17,742 nucleotides of DNA, from NCBI GenBank assembly GCA_038886995.1, contig JAWALG010000025.1, positions 1 through 17,742 of the forward strand, read 5' to 3'. Below the pieces are notes generated by a model. The model searched no databases and was not told where the DNA came from. It saw only the letters and a list, made by a program, of their open reading frames with translations. Made by a program: the position numbers and the translations under genes. Shown piece after piece: positions 16,603 to 17,742 of this stretch (its first letter is position 1; each line of letters begins with the position of its first letter). The DNA comes from Candidatus Iainarchaeum sp. (GTDB taxonomy: Archaea; Iainarchaeota; Iainarchaeia; Iainarchaeales; DTGL01).

Positions 16603-17742
16603 TTATGCTTTGTTCACAAGATTAAGCTTCGGATATATCCCGAGAGCTTTAAGCTCATCAAGCATTAGCTTAAATGCATAGCTCATTTCAACAGCATAGA
16701 CCTTTGAGTTTTTGCATATTGGGCAGTACTTCTTATTCCTTATCCTGTCGTTTACAGCCACAATTCCACATTTCTCGCATACAAATTCAATTGACTTGTC
16801 TGAGTCCTCAACAATCTTTTCTTGCAAGAGCATGCTTGCCCCATGCCCTATTAGTGTTTCACCTTCCATTTCACCAAACCTGAGGCCACCTTCCTTTTCT
16901 TTGCCTTCTGTCGGCTGCCTTGTGAGTATTTGCACAGGCCCTCTTGACCTTGCCTGCATCTTATGGGCAACCAAGTGGTATAGGCGCCTGTAAGTTATCA
17001 CACCTGTGAATATCCTTCCTTCAATCCTCTCGCCGCTTATTCCATCATAAAATGTTTCCATTCCGCTAGGACTTAAACCATTTTCTATAAGTATTTTTTC
17101 AATATCCTCTTGCTCTATGTCATTGAATGCAGTGCCATCAATTATCTCTCCTTTCAAACAAGCTGCCTTTCCAGCAAGCATCTCGAGCAAGTGCCCTATT
17201 GTCATTCTGCTTGGTATTGAATGCGGGTTTAGTATGAGGTCAGGTCTTATCCCGTCTGTGTTGAACGGCATGTCTTCTTCAGGGATTATTGCACCAACAA
17301 CACCTTTTTGACCATGCCTTGAAGCAAACTTGTCACCAACCTCAGGGATACGCTCTGAGCGTGTCTTTACTTTTGCAACAATATCTCCCTGAGGACCCTC
17401 AGTAAGGAAAACACTGTCCACATAGCCACCCATATTTTTTCTTGTGCTCACAGATGCTTCCCTGCGGCGTTCCTTAACAACACCAAACTCTGCAATCTCT
17501 TCCAAGAACCTCGGCGGCGAAGTTTTGCCAATTAGAACTTGTTTTTCATCAACATAAGACTCGACTTCGGCCAAGCCGTCTTCTCCAAGTGATTTGTATG
17601 CTTCTGCACCTTGGTATCCCACAATTTCTTCACTCGGGACCTCAAACTTGTCTCTTTGGCCACCAGGGTATCGTGTTTGAGTTGACTCGTAAACCCTAAA
17701 GTATGAACTTCTGCCAAGGCACCGGTCAATTGCGCCTTTGTT
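16603..17742 (-). CDS. rpoB: DNA-directed RNA polymerase subunit B (3' part; gene runs off the window end)
   Basis: The frame is open to the window edge (NKGAIDRCLGRSSYFR...RYPGGQ...). Motifs GKTSPPRF, GDKFASRHGQKG, PD-x-I-x-NPH-x-x-PSRMT, RQPTEG...GGLRFGEME and a C-terminal CxxC...CxxC zinc site. Confidence 0.97.
   Translation of the reverse strand, partial: NKGAIDRCLGRSSYFRVYESTQTRYPGGQRDKFEVPSEEIVGYQGAEAYKSLGEDGLAEVESYVDEKQVLIGKTSPPRFLEEIAEFGVVKERRREASVSTRKNMGGYVDSVFLTEGPQGDIVAKVKTRSERIPEVGDKFASRHGQKGVVGAIIPEEDMPFNTDGIRPDLILNPHSIPSRMTIGHLLEMLAGKAACLKGEIIDGTAFNDIEQEDIEKILIENGLSPSGMETFYDGISGERIEGRIFTGVITYRRLYHLVAHKMQARSRGPVQILTRQPTEGKEKEGGLRFGEMEGETLIGHGASMLLQEKIVEDSDKSIEFVCEKCGIVAVNDRIRNKKYCPICKNSKVYAVEMSYAFKLMLDELKALGIYPKLNLVNKA

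Noticed and set aside
903-17729. Numerous antisense or alternative-frame ORFs (e.g. 1588-1932, 7557-8006, 10264-10686, 11558-12019, 15898-16476, 17532-17729)
   Set aside because: They are shadows of well-supported genes, with no recognisable motifs or translation signals.
12804-17742. Inteins or introns in the RNA polymerase genes
   Set aside because: Lengths and motif spacing leave no room for an insertion, and no intein splice-junction motifs were seen.

Overview
Archaeal genomic DNA, probably from a fast-evolving DPANN-type lineage (inference). The right two-thirds (7001-17742, minus strand) is the conserved archaeal transcription/translation superoperon: rpoB (3' part, running off the window end), a single fused rpoA'+A'' gene (~1260 aa), L30e, nusA, S12, S7, EF-2, EF-1alpha, S10. 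Several normally invariant motifs are altered: RNA polymerase trigger loop TFH->TKH, bridge helix REGL->RQGE, RpoB GEMERD->GEMEGE, and two S12 accuracy-site changes (KQPNSA->RQPNSA, GD[I/L]PGV->GDLWGV). The left 7 kb is an accessory, envelope-flavoured block with archease, ilvE, rpiB, an Agl23/TIGR03663-like GT-C membrane protein and a UbiA prenyltransferase. That block is bracketed by two copies of an uncharacterised gene pair that I aligned by eye: a polytopic membrane protein (R-x-x-LE...P-x-LDF) and a cupredoxin-like protein ending in E-CxxxCxxC. The second Cys-motif copy lacks its N-terminus and lies in frame behind a single TGA of the membrane gene. No rRNA, tRNA, CRISPR array or mobile element was recognised.
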